A stretch of 64,000 bases of DNA, taken from assembly GCF_001194135.2 (NCBI RefSeq), contig NC_068982.1, positions 120,234,927-120,298,926 of the forward strand. Direction: 5' to 3'. The translations under genes and the position numbers were made by a program. Positions within the stretch are counted from its first letter, which is position 1. Every line of letters begins with the position of its first letter. The notes under the pieces were generated by a model, which was not told the DNA's origin, made no database searches, and saw nothing but the letters and a program-made list of their open reading frames with translations. The DNA is from Octopus bimaculoides (Eukaryota). Of the stretch, positions 13,556 through 25,966 are shown one piece after another.

Positions 13556-13656
13556 CACACACATAGAAACACATATATGGAAGCATGATATATGCAAATG
13601 AATATAAATAAATACACATATACACACAGAAGAAGGCACGCACGCACGCACATACG

Positions 13657-13687
<31 letters not shown>

Positions 13688-14812
13688 GTACATATTCAGA
13701 AACTTCGAGAGACATAAAATAATTAATTTTTAATATTTGAACTCGAAGTAGATAAGGCTATAAGCAACAGCGTGTAAATATTGGGTTTAAAAAACCCTTT
13801 GGATAAGAAATGGTCGATGGCTTTTTTAAGTACAGTCATAATATTGTAGGTGGTGTGTGAAGTAGCTGTTTTCGGGATGGAGTAGGCTATGCTGAGTGTC
13901 AAAGAGTTAGACATTGTTTTAAGGTCGTAATTAGCTTTCCTTTCACAATTCATTCCATGTATTCGGTGATGCGTGAAATCAGAGAGTTTGGACTATTTTT
14001 TTGCAAACACTCTAGTTTCATTCTTTATGAATGAGTTTTGTTATATCATGATTCAGCATCTAGGGAAGCTTGCACATGCACAAAAAAAAACTGGAAAAAT
14101 ATCAGCACTGGTTATACCTGTTGCTGAGTGAAAGCTTATTTCATCTAATGTTTGATATTATATCTTCCTATTTTATGTCGATGTAATCGAAGGTTGCCTC
14201 TGCCAATGTAGGTAGTTCTGAAGTGTCAATGAACTCATTTGGTTTATCATTTCCGTATAAACTAGTACGGAAGGGAAAATAATTTTTAAATGTCACATTC
14301 GAGGTTTTACTTATCCTTTTAAGGCCTCCAATCAAGAGCTATTACCTTTAAACTATAGCCTTATTTACAAACGTTTGTACACACGCGCATTCACACACTC
14401 ACAGAGATATGTACACGTATGTATTATGTATGTCTGTATGCAGGCAGGTAGGCAGCATTTATATATTCATATGTATGCACGTATATGCGTGGCGTTGTTC
14501 TGTCTTGGACCTCCTTATTGTATTGCTGGGACACCGTCGTAGCATATGTTGTGTCTTGGGCACGTCTAGACGTAGCAAAGCCCATCCCTCTGCAGACCTC
14601 AACACAGCCGATTTCTTCGAGAAAGGGAGACAAATGGGCAAACAGAAAGAAAGAAAGGAAGAAAGGAAGAAAGAAGAGACAAGGTGTCAGAGATATAGAG
14701 AGAAAAAAGAATTCGGTACAGGAATAAAACTACTTATTGACTACGTTATGATGAAAGACCAAATTGACTTCAGTGACATTTCAAGCACAGTGCGCACAAA
14801 GCCAAATCTCTC

Positions 14813-14888
<76 letters not shown>

Positions 14889-15013
14889 CGTGTGTTTATG
14901 AGGGTGGTGTGCAAAATTTATAGTTTTGCTTTGGGGTAAGTGACTATACCTGTTGCGTTCGCAGCTCCTTCGAGAAGTCGAGTAAATGTCTTTCTTGAAT
15001 AATAGCCAGTTGC

Positions 15014-15532
15014 TAGCACAAAGTGATGTTCTTCGGCCAAACGCCTGAAGTAAGTTTAGTGCTGGATCTGAGAGACTCAGAAGAGTAAATGATTATCTGA
15101 GTAATCGTAGCATCTGACCAATCAAGTACAAAGAGTAGTGACTCCAATTTTGTTGGCACTCCGTCGCTTACGACGTCGAGGGTTCCAGTTGATCCGATCA
15201 ACGGAACAGCCAGCTCGTGAAATTAACGTGCAAGTGGCTGAGCTCTCCACAGACACGTGTACCCTTAACGTAGTTCTCGGGGATATTCGGCGTGACACAG
15301 CGTGACAAGGCTGACCCTTTGAATTACAGGTACAACAGAAACAGGAAGTAAGAGTGAGAGAAAGTTGTGGTGAAAGAGTACAGCAGAGTTCGCCACCAAC
15401 CCCCTGCCGGAGCCTCGTGGAGCTTTAGGTGTTTTCGCTCAATAAACACTCACAATGCCCGGTCTGGGAATCGAAACCGCGATCCTATGACCGCGAGTCC
15501 GCTGCCCTGACCACTGGGCCATTGTGCTTCCA
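15014..15532 (-). mobile_element. tRNA-derived SINE family C, near full length
   Basis: The minus strand starts with a tRNA-like head (A box TGGCCCAGTGG, B box GTTTCGATTCC) and has a central GCCACTTGCACGTTAATTTCAC motif reminiscent of the Nin/Deu domain. Confidence 0.8.
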
Positions 15533-16068
15533 CTAGTGACTCCAATAATAATGGTAGAAAAAGCAGAGCAGGAATACAGCAGATCTAGTCTTCAACAAGT
15601 GTTTCCTAGCATCAAAAAATTTTTAAGGCTGAAAATAGTCTCAAGTGCTATAATTTTAAATTCAAATCTCGTCATTATGCAGTACTGTATAATGTGAAAC
15701 AATTTGTGTTGACTGGTATTTTAAGATAAACTTGTTTTATAATATAAATTGCAATGTCGTTAAATATAGCAACATATTGTGCGTGTGGGTGAGAGATCGC
15801 GCGCGTGCGTGTGATCTCTAAGTACAGTTAGAAAACTAAATGCTGGCAGACAATTGTTTACCTGATTTAATTACAATCAGGTAATTTAATCTAAGCGAAT
15901 TTATCAAATATATCTAATTTCAAAGACATACATTTATGTTGCAAATTACTTTGCTTTTGTTTCCGTGCTATGTTTAAATTAGAATCCGACACTTGTCAAA
16001 TTAGCAATACGCGAATTAGCTTAAATTATGAACTGAGCAGCGATTATATAATTTTATATAATTTTATA

Positions 16069-16100
<32 letters not shown>

Positions 16101-16214
16101 CGCGCGTGAGTCGTCTAAGAGATCATAAGTCAGGTAGAATATGCACTCATGTAACTGTCAGTAGAGTAGGTATATTACCCGAAATTTATAGTATTAGATA
16201 TCCATCACGGTTGG

Positions 16215-16298
16215 TCTTACTAATCGGTTTCGTGCAAAGAGTACAATAGAGTGTTGTTAGATAACAATTGAATTACATAACTCCATACTCATCAGAGA
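16215..16298 (-). ncRNA. Degenerate type I hammerhead-like motif (Penelope-type)
   Basis: Minus strand: tct-CTGATGA-GTATGGAG...CTTTGCAC-GAAAC-CGATTA-GTA-aga. Stem I is 3 bp and stem II is imperfect. Confidence 0.35.
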
Positions 16299-16649
16299 TA
16301 GTCGATATTGTCAAAAGTGAATTAACACAACCGGTCAGCGGCTGCTGGGGAAAAAATGGTGAAATGAAAAAGGGCCCAGAGGAATGGGCTAAGAGTTATG
16401 TCCCTTGGTTGGGTATGCTTTGAAACTGGCAAGAGTTATCTTGCAGTAGGAAAAGTGTGTATTATTAATGTGGTATCCCTGCGGGAATGGGGTGTGTGGT
16501 ATGTGTAGCGGTGTCATATGTATAANNNNNNNNNNNNNNNNNNNNNNNNNNNNNNNNNNNNNNNNNNNNNNNNNNNNNNNNNNNNNNNNNNNNNNNNNNN
16601 NNNNNNNNNNNNNNNNNNNNNNNNNTATATACACTTATCTAGATAAAAA

Positions 16650-16970
16650 TATATTGAGACCCCCTTTCATCAAGGATGACCATGGGATTGCACCTAGATA
16701 GTTACCTTCTGAGGAACAAGTCCGGTCAAGTTTGTTTATGTAAGGCCAGCAGCCTCCCCTCTTCACACCAGCGAAGTAATCCAAGGGAAAGGTAAATGCC
16801 GATACAACTTGGCACCTGTGATGTCGTAACTCATTCCTACAGCTGAGTTAATTGGAGCAACGTGAAATAAAGTGTTTTGCTCAAGAACACAACACGCAGC
16901 CCGGTCCGGTATTCGAACTCACAACCTCACGATCGTAGGCTCGAGGCTCTAACCACTGTGTCATGCGCCT
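16650..16970 (-). mobile_element. tRNA-derived SINE family D
   Basis: tRNA-like head (GAGTTCGAATACC) and TGTTCTTGAGCAAAACACTTTATTTCAC core; a second copy lies at 57905-58142. Confidence 0.8.
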
Positions 16971-17200
16971 CGGTTTCAGAGGACCTCAGCTCTTTAATGC
17001 CCAGTCAAAACAATTGAGAGACCTGCAAGACATGGATATAGAGGTCTTCAAAACAAAACTCGACACCTTCCTCTCCACGATACCAGACGAACCAATGGCT
17101 CGAAATGAGACACATTTGAGGGCAGCGATGTCAAATTGTCTTATACACCAGTTGTGCCATCGAAACTCTTGATTGGACTATATCAGGTGGAGGAGAAGAG
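16971..17200 (+). mobile_element. CR1/L2-group LINE 3' fragment
   Basis: FRGPQLFN...FKTKLDTFLSTIPDEP...RAAMSNCL, a typical ORF2 C-terminus. Confidence 0.7.
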
Positions 17201-17431
17201 CCATGCAAGGAACGTGAAGAGAGCACAGCATAAAGACGTATATACCAGTGAAAGTCGAATTTACATTTTTATTTCAACCATGTACAATTTATCAAAATAA
17301 CGTCGCAGCAAATGCAATTTTGATCAGGAGCAAAAATATTTTTATTTATATTCTTTATAGACTTAAGGATAAAATTACTTTAGTGATTTTATCAAGTGAT
17401 CAGCGTGTAATAAAAACATCATAGGTAATAT

Positions 17432-17553
17432 TTCTATATATTATAATTTATAATTATATGCATAATTATATCAAAAGGATCGGAAAACCTCTCCACACGC
17501 TAGACTTTCCGATCCCTCTGATGTAATTATGTATATAATTATAAATTATAGAA
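17432..17553. repeat. Imperfect inverted repeat (hairpin) with ~45-bp arms
   Basis: 17442-17486 pairs with 17506-17550 with few mismatches. Confidence 0.85.
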
Positions 17554-17635
17554 TCTGTGTGTATGAATATCTATGTATATGAATATATTTTTTAAATAAT
17601 ACGGAAGACGAAGTGTAACTAGAAGCATTTATTAG

Positions 17636-17738
17636 CACAACAATCGTTTCGGCTTCATTCTGCACTGCTCCCTATTGGGCGTGGGACCATGTAACGACAC
17701 CAAATGCAACGTGCAGTGCAAAACAGCCTCATCAGGTG
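17636..17738 (-). ncRNA. Minimal type I hammerhead ribozyme motif with canonical core (Penelope-type)
   Basis: Minus strand: cac-CTGATGA-GGCT-GTTTTGCACTGC...GCAGTGCAGAAT-ga-AGCC-GAAAC-GATT-GTT-gtg, followed by AATAAA. Stem II has 4+12 bp. Confidence 0.65.
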
Positions 17739-17776
17739 ACATAGGATGCTTCATATATATATATATATACTGAGAT

Positions 17777-17808
<32 letters not shown>

Positions 17809-18111
17809 GGAGAGAGAGAGGGAGAGAGAGAGCGAGGGAAAGGTATAGTTTTCGGAGCCTCTTCGTCTGAACAGCGAGGAGAAGCAGAATCTGTTGACGA
17901 CGGAGCGAACTGAAAGCTCGGTTGGTCCGAACAAAAATGATGTCTTGTCGAGAACTTACTGCATATTCTCTGATGTTTATTTCACAGATTAGTTATATGT
18001 AAAGTAAAGTGAGTAATTGTAAATATTATTATGATTCTCATGTGTTCACCTTTATATTTCATTCAACACTTTCTACTGTAAAATGAATTTAAATAATCTA
18101 AAAATATGAAA

Positions 18112-18325
18112 TATTGGTTTCAAATTTTGACACAAGGCCAACAATTTCGGGGGTAGGTTAAGTCGATTACATCGACCACAGGACGTGACTGGTACTCATT
18201 TCATCAACCCCGAAAGGATGAAAGCAAAGTCAACCTCTTCGGAATTTGAACCCAGAACGTAAAGACGGACGAAATATCGCTAAGCATTTTGTCCGGCGAG
18301 CTAACGATTCTGCCAGCTCGCCGTT
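18112..18325 (-). mobile_element. SINE family A, full length
   Basis: tRNA-like head GGCGAGCTGGCAGAATCGTTAGC, B box and a TTTCATCCTTTCGGGGT core resembling the Meta-SINE domain. Confidence 0.85.
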
Positions 18326-18554
18326 TTAAAATCATGGAATATTAATATTAAAATACGCCACCGGTCTAGTGGATAAGACAGTTCGGTTTAAAAATAACAT
18401 CAAAGTTTAGAGGTAGCCGTTACGCAGTCATTAAGTCTTTCAGAAAAACAAATGAATCTTCCTTAAATCATAAACTATTGATTTAAAGAGAATGCCAGTC
18501 CTAAAAAGTTTGTATTATAAATTTACCATATAATCTGCTTAGGAATTCTCCGAT

Positions 18555-19320
18555 CACTCCCCCGTATATGACATTGTAATCATCACTGCAACCACAGACT
18601 AGCAGCAGGCCATGCTAACTGAGCTGAACGCTCAAAGCTAAGCACTAGGTCTTAAAATGAGCCACATGAAAACAAAATATATGCAGTCAGAAGACGTAGC
18701 ACAAGGCCCATTTGAGGTGGGAAGAAGTGAAATCAAGGAGGTAAAAGGGTACATCTACTCAGGGCACACAGTGAATATGCGCCGAGATATGGATGCTGGA
18801 CTCTCAAAGACAATAAGAACAAGATGGAATGCATTTAACTCGATAAATTATGTGCTCAAAACAAAGCTAGATAATACCATACATGCTAGACTCTTCAATA
18901 GTACAGTGCTATCTGCGTTCTTATATGCAAGTGAGACGTGGGCTACTACGAAGGGTATAGAACATCGACTGGCTACGACGCAAATGGCCATGGAAAGATC
19001 TGTGCTAGTAATATCATTTAGAGAACATTCAAAATGGGATAATTCTAGAACGGAGTGGAGTGAACGATTTGATCACAGAGTATCAAACGCACAAGTTCTG
19101 CTCGGCCGGACATGTCGCAAGGTTCACAGGAAACAGGTTGATCCGTGCATTTGCTGAGTGGTATCCAAGAGATCGGAAGAGGCCACTTGGAAGGCCTCCA
19201 CGACAATGGAGTTAAGATGGAAAAAAAATTAGCGCAATCAAGAAGAACTGGAAGCGTATTGTGACCAGCGGTGTATAACAGTATCTGATGGTCTGGTCCA
19301 TACTATGATATTCTGATGTA
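18555..19320 (+). mobile_element. RTE-clade LINE, 3' part of RT, degenerate
   Basis: KTKYM...YIYSG...WNAF...LFNSTVLSAFLYASETW...QMAMERS, with stops and frameshifts. Confidence 0.85.
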
Positions 19321-19804
19321 TGTATACGCATACACAAACGATAACTCGTCATTAATTATTCACAATGCACTTCTATTTTCCTTTGGCCGGGAAAATGTAT
19401 GCATATTACTCAACATGCTTTTACTAATTTGAAACATCAATTAAATTATCACTTTTGCGATGATAACCGTGATTGCGCTGCATTCAGTTTATTTTAAAGA
19501 TGAGCAGCTTTCAGTGATACGTTTTCTTTGAACTGAAAGCGAATTAGGTGTCAAAATCCATTCAAGACCATTAGCAGCGTATAATGTGCAGATAAGTCAT
19601 TGTGTCTGTTTATGAAGTAAAATTTGTGTGAACTGATTCCCTTGGGTGAAGGTTGGGAGAAACAAGAGAGTGTCTTGGTTTGCTTTCGACAACGTAGACA
19701 CTTAAAACAATGAAAGAAAACACAATGATGCTACCGAGTCATAATCGTTCCCGAGTATGACTGGCAAACGAGTTACATTTTTAAACTTTTGGGTGGGGGC
19801 ATAA

Positions 19805-20018
19805 TTAAGTCAGCGAGATAGCAGAATTGTTAGCAGGTCGAACAAAATGCATGGCGGCATTTCGTCCGTCTATTCGTTCTGAGTACAAATTCTGCCGAGG
19901 TCGGCTTTTCATTTCATCTTGCTGGATTCGCTTAAAATGAGTACCAGTTGAGCATTGGGGGTCGATGTAATCGACTTTCCCGTTTCCTCGCTGCCCTAGT
20001 GCCAAAATTTGAAAACCA
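19805..20018 (+). mobile_element. SINE family A, diverged
   Basis: Head, core and tail similar to 18112-18325. Confidence 0.75.
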
Positions 20019-20689
20019 TTTTTGTTTTGTTTTTTCGTTTTTTTTTTTTTTCAGCTTTAGTAATTATCTAAAATCTAACTAATTGAAAACTTTTCACGTA
20101 ATTGTATTAAATAATTATCTTGGACCAATGTTATCTTAATTTTAACTTCTCAGACTAGATCGTAATTTATCGTGTGTCCGAAATAAACAATCATTAGAAA
20201 CTGAGATCTGATGAGTTTGTTAATTGAATAGTGAAAGTGTATTATTTGTGAATGTTAATCTAATAGTAGCATTTCTTTGAAGCATTTATCAGTGAGTGTC
20301 TATGAATAGGTATTAGATTAGTAAACTTACAAAGCATCGATATCAAATACAGAATCTTCTCACCAATTCCTACCAGCCCTGACCAGTGATGCTCCAGTTA
20401 ACCAAAGCAACTGAAGTGGAATGAGATACAAAAGAAATTGAGATAAGAATAATATACATAACAGAGTGACTTTTTGTTGAAGCATTAACTGATTGTTTTC
20501 TTAGTTAAAATCCCATAGCGAAATATTTTGTTCCGCATATAATTCATTTGATGATTTCACCATCTTCACAGAAACGTCTCTCATAGTAGCCATTTTATTG
20601 CAACAAAGTTTGTTCAAAGAAGGATCCTACCCGGAACTTTAACAGTTATTTCTTTTCACTGCACAGTATCCCAATCTTACTTCAGAAAT

Positions 20690-20895
20690 TGTTGTTGCTG
20701 TTGTTGTTTAGCTACGTGAATCCTGATGGAGTTGACACATGGTCAAATACATTCTGGGCGCGCCTATCCCATCTTCTCGTTTATATGGACTACATCATAC
20801 ACGTGTCCATTCTTTTAAAGACTGTCAATGTGATTTGAAAGAATTTGGCCGCTATTTCTAGCAAGGTGAGCAATCACGCTAGAGTTCATTTGCTG
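20690..20895 (+). repeat. Family E dispersed repeat
   Basis: Shares the GTTGTTTAGC start and the GATTTG...GCTATTTCTAGCA motif with other copies. Confidence 0.5.
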
Positions 20896-21972
20896 ACTGT
20901 ATTTATTGACTAGTATTCTGTGGCGGAGTTCCTCAACAGTCGACCAGCGCTACTGTCCTTTATTTCGATCCCTTTCGTGTATAACTTTCCACTATTTGTT
21001 AAAAATTGTTTTTAGAATTAGTTTATGTCAATCGGTTGAATAATCATCACAGAGTTCGATATTGTTTCATGAGATACAGATAATTTCAAGTAAAAATGAG
21101 AGAACTGATTAACTGAAAGTGAAAAGTGTAAATAAATAAGTTGCATGCGTGGGGTGGGGCAGCATTAATATACTGGTTACCTATGTGATATTACGAAATA
21201 CTATCCCTTCCCTCTTCTTCTTCCCCTCCTAGTAATTGTGGACAACGTATTTAAAAACGTTTTAAAGCAACTGACTGAAGTAAACATAATCCAAGGTGCA
21301 CACTGTATTACACAATTTTTAATATGGCTAAATAAATTTTAAAAGAGATGATAGTAATAAAAAATAATATAATGTAAAACTCTTTACCGTGTGGAAAATA
21401 AAAATTATAGATATTTTGGAATTTTTTTCAAAATAGAAAAATTATATAAATGGAAAGAACTTACTATTTTCCTTCTCTTCTGTCCAGTAATAAATTCACA
21501 GCCAAAAGAAATACCATTTAAAATTCATAGTACATTCATTTTAATTGGTATTTCTTTTAGCTTACTTGTAATCTAGATGAAATAATAATATGGATGAGTG
21601 CATTCATTCTTACCATGTTCTTGTACACTCGATTGTGAACATGGCATTTCGCCGTAGTATATCGTATCGGAGAACGACTTTTAATAGATGGTGTGTGTAA
21701 ACAACAAACTTGTTGCAAGGAACTTAAGCGGACTACTAGAAATAATGTAATTGTCGCCTTCATTAATAAACACCACCCGGTACCTTAAATTTAAATCAAA
21801 GCTGACACTCCAGTCTATAGAAATCATTGAACAAAACAGTCGTTGATGCGTGTAGTGGTTTGCCAAGCCGAAATAAATTACAGGTTGCAAAACATCGTGA
21901 ATCACAATATAGCATTGATTCTTTAAAAATAGCATAAATAGCGTATATCCATTCTTAATAAATAATAGTAGT

Positions 21973-22160
21973 TAAGGTGGCGAGATGGCAGAATCGTTAG
22001 CATGCCGGCACGTTCTGCGTTCAAATCCCACCGAGGTTGAATTTGCCTTTCATCCTTACGGGGTCGATAAAAAAAAAGTACCAATTGAGTACTGAGATAG
22101 ATGTAATCGACTTACTCCCTTTCCCGAAAGTGCTGGCCTTGTGCTAAAATTTGAAACTAA
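21973..22160 (+). mobile_element. SINE family A, internally deleted
   Basis: AAGGTGGCGAGATGGCAGAATCGTTAGC head and TTTCATCCTTACGGGGTCGATAAA core. Confidence 0.8.
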
Positions 22161-23961
22161 TAAATATTAGTAGTATAATAACAGATTTCACTGACAGAGA
22201 CCCGCAACAGGTTCCGCGATCCTGACTTGTTTTTAAGATTGGCAAACTGAGATAACTGAAGAAAACGTTGATGAAAATTCTAATACTGAAAATAACATAT
22301 GGCTGTTATGAAATTAGCAAAATTTCTTGAGGTTTTGATATTTAGCAAAGCAGAGCAGTATGCATTGTATTTTTCATGGTCTCCGTGATAGGTTTGGGAG
22401 TAAGAGACTTATAGAATATATTTCAAATGGACACCCGGACAAATGCCTAGCGTCGGATGAAGATAAACAAGTATGAAATGGTGGAATCAAAGCATGTGAC
22501 AGCATGGCTTTTACCTATGAATACATGCAATTCCCCTGAAGGAATTGCATGCAGTTTCTGTTTAATATATTTCACTCACAATATTTGAATAGATCAAACA
22601 CTGTGATAGAGGTTATTTGCTCAAAGCGCGGTGCAGTGTGATCGAACTCGGAAGCATGTAATTACTAAGTAAATCTGTCTTGTATGTAGTCATGTTTGTG
22701 TCCAATGTGTGACAACTGCAGTAAAATCTGGAACTGTTTGGCAAAGGAGTTCATGAATTTTTGTGATTCCAGCAAGATTAGAATGTTTTATGTAGCTTAG
22801 ACGATATTTAGTAATAATCGTGCTTAGATTCAAGAATCAGTCATAACTTCCACAGCGAAGAATTCTCTTTTTGTAAATCATACGAAAATGTTTGTTAATG
22901 TCATTCTCTTCCTTCTCCGAGTATTATGATCAAAACTTTTTTTAAATACTTTGTTTTTCACAGCTAATCCTCACAAATTCTTTAAATAACACACTCTTTT
23001 AAGCAGTCTTTTTCTGCAAATATGGTATACAGTCAATGATAAATAGAAGAATATTTTTAACAACGAAACATTTTGAAACAAAAACTCTATTATATTTTAC
23101 TTTGTTGCTAATATGTTCTTGTTGTTATTCCAGTGATATTTAATAACAGATGGTGAATTCATCACAGCGATTGTCTAAGATTATTTAAAGATAATATTTT
23201 TCAATCCACGTTATTCCACTCTGATGGACTGACACAATTTTTAAATGAATTAGAATATCAATATTTTTTAACATAGGCACAAGATCTGAAATTCTGTGGG
23301 AGTACTTTAGTCGATTAAACTGATCTCAGTTAATTTAATCACTTCGGAGGAATATTAGGGAAAATCGACCTCGGTGAAATTTAAACTTAATCCTTTAATC
23401 GTAATACCGAAAGGTATTTTGTCCAACGCTTTAATAAAATGAAAACAATTAATTGCAGCCCGATTATTTTCAAATATTCAGCTGATTCACTTTTTATAAG
23501 GACAGTAATTTGGAACAAATATTCGAGTATCATGCTGAATTCAAATTCCGCCGAGGTCGAGTTTGTCTTTCATCCTTCCGAGAATGATTACATAAAGAAC
23601 CAGTTAAGTATTGGGATTTATTTCATTCCTTGTTAGTCAAGTTATGCAAGCAAAGCAACATGCTATAGTTTATTATAGAACAATAAGTCAAATACCTCAA
23701 GTTGGTGTACGCTGCCATCATAGTACTAACTCAACACACACACATTCTTCCTATTAATCACTCACACACATATACACACTTTCTATAAAAGCTATGCCCC
23801 ATTAAATGTATTCATGGAAAATTAAAAGAACCAATTCATTCCTAAATATACCTACTTACTGCTTTGAATTGCTGTTGCAACCGTAACCGACCTCTGCCAT
23901 AACAAGGATTTGTACTATTGACGAAAGACAGTACAGTTTAGTTAATATTCGATCCATGTAG

Positions 23962-24360
23962 AAGGCGGCGAGCTGGCAGAAACGTTAGCACGCCGGGCAA
24001 AATTCCTAGCGGTATTTCGTCTGCCGTAACGTTCTGAGTTCAAATTCCGCCGAGGTCGACTTTGCTTCCCTCAAAATTTTCCCCCTTCCCTCAAGATTTA
24101 ATCGACTTAATCCCTTGTTTGTTCTCTCAATGTTTAGCCCCTTGTGGGAAATAACGAAATAAGAAACGTTACCACGCCGGGTGAAATGCTTAGCAGTATT
24201 TCGTCTGTCTTTACGTTCTGAGTTCAAATTCCAACGAGGTCGACTTTGCTTTTCATCCTTTCGAGGTCGATAAATTTAGTACCAGTTGCGTACTAGAGTC
24301 GATCTAATTGACTGGACCCCTTCCCTCAAAATTTCGGGCCTTGTGCCTAGAGTAGAAAAG
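23962..24360 (+). mobile_element. Dimeric SINE family A
   Basis: Two tandem monomers joined near 24163; flanking direct repeats at 23944-23961 and 24361-24378 (15/18) look like a TSD. Confidence 0.85.
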
Positions 24361-24527
24361 AATATTCAATCTCTGTAGTCGAAACTACCATAGTGTAGTT
24401 TTTACTGTGATGTATTAAGCGCGCGTGTGTGTGAGGAAGAGTGCGTGTGTATGTAAGCCAAAAGGCGTGCAGAAGATATATGTATATACATACATAGTGT
24501 GTGCGTGCATATACATATATATATATA

Positions 24528-25905
24528 CTAGCAGAAATACCCGGCTTTGCCCGGGTTAAAGAGAATAATGAAATCTAAAAACGCCGTCTAGACTACGCAA
24601 CCCTCAACTGTCAGTAGCTACGATACCATATTTCTACATTAATAACTCTCCAATCCATGCCAGCATGGAACATAGACATTAAGTGGAATGCCAGTCTCTC
24701 ATCTAGGAGGGCCTTGAAATCAATGTTACCAACTGGGGACTATATGTGTCGTAGTGATAATAAAAAGACCCAAAGGAGGTCTGCAACGAAATAATTTTAC
24801 TCAACACTTTGCAAGTGAATCANNNNNNNNNNNNNNNNNNNNNNNNNNNNNNNNNNNNNNNNNNNNNNNNNNNNNNNNNNNNNNNNNNNNNNNNNNNNNN
24901 NNNNNNNNNNNNNNNNNNNNNNNNNNNNNNNNNNNNNNNNNNNNNNNNNNNNNNNNNNNNNNNNNNNNNNNNNNNNNNNNNNNNNNNNNNNNNNNNNNNN
25001 NNNNNNNNNNNNNNNNNNNNNNNNNNNNNNNNNNNNNNNNNNNNNNNNNNNNNNNNNNNNNNNNNNNNNNNNNNNNNNNNNNNNNNNNNNNNNNNNNNNN
25101 NNNNNNNNNNNNNNNNNNNNNNNNNNNNNNNNNNNNNNNNNNNNNNNNNNNNNNNNNNNNNNNNNNNNNNNNNNNNNNNNNNNNNNNNNNNNNNNNNNNN
25201 NNNNNNNNNNNNNNNNNNNNNNNNNNNNNNNNNNNNNNNNNNNNNNNNNNNNNNNNNNNNNNNNNNNNNNNNNNNNNNNNNNNNNNNNNNNNNNNNNNNN
25301 NNNNNNNNNNNNNNNNNNNNNNNNNNNNNNNNNNNNNNNNNNNNNNNNNNNNNNNNNNNNNNNNNNNNNNNNNNNNNNNNNNNNNNNNNNNNNNNNNNNN
25401 NNNNNNNNNNNNNNNNNNNNNNNNNNNNNNNNNNNNNNNNNNNNNNNNNNNNNNNNNNNNNNNNNNNNNNNNNNNNNNNNNNNNNNNNNNNNNNNNNNNN
25501 NNNNNNNNNNNNNNNNNNNNNNNNNNNNNNNNNNNNNNNNNNNNNNNNNNNNNNNNNNNNNNNNNNNNNNNNNNNNNNNNNNNNNNNNNNNNNNNNNNNN
25601 NNNNNNNNNNNNNNNNNNNNNNNNNNNNNNNNNNNNNNNNNNNNNNNNNNNNNNNNNNNNNNNNNNNNNNNNNNNNNNNNNNNNNNNNNNNNNNNNNNNN
25701 NNNNNNNNNNNNNNNNNNNNNNNNNNNNNNNNNNNNNNNNNNNNNNNNNNNNNNNNNNNNNNNNNNNNNNNNNNNGTTGCCGTGGGCTCGAACTCTGCAA
25801 AAAGTTTAAAAAATTTTTGACTAAAACACAACTGGAACCCTAAGTAAGGCATGTGTAAAATTTGAATGAAATTGGTTGCGTAGTTCTCGAGTTTTAGGGA
25901 TTCAC

Positions 25906-25940
<35 letters not shown>

Positions 25941-25966
25941 CACATTCTCATTTTTATATATATAGA
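24528..25966 (-). mobile_element. Non-autonomous Helitron (interior largely in an N-gap)
   Basis: The minus strand begins TC (25966-25965) with a (GTCT)n tract near the 5' end. It ends with the hairpin CCCGGGCAAAGCCGGG (24540-24555) and CTAG (24528-24531), and sits at an A|T site. Confidence 0.8.

Noticed and set aside
14930-14945. GGG|GTAAGT donor-like site
   Set aside because: No matching acceptor, Inr or ORF; it follows a (TG)n tract.
15440-15532. tRNA-like sequences here and at other SINE heads
   Set aside because: They continue into SINE bodies and lack a complete cloverleaf, so they are not tRNA genes.
17838-17875. Minus-strand CAGACGAAGAGGCTCCGAAAAC hammerhead-like string
   Set aside because: Core is mutated, stem II loop is too short and there is no stem I.
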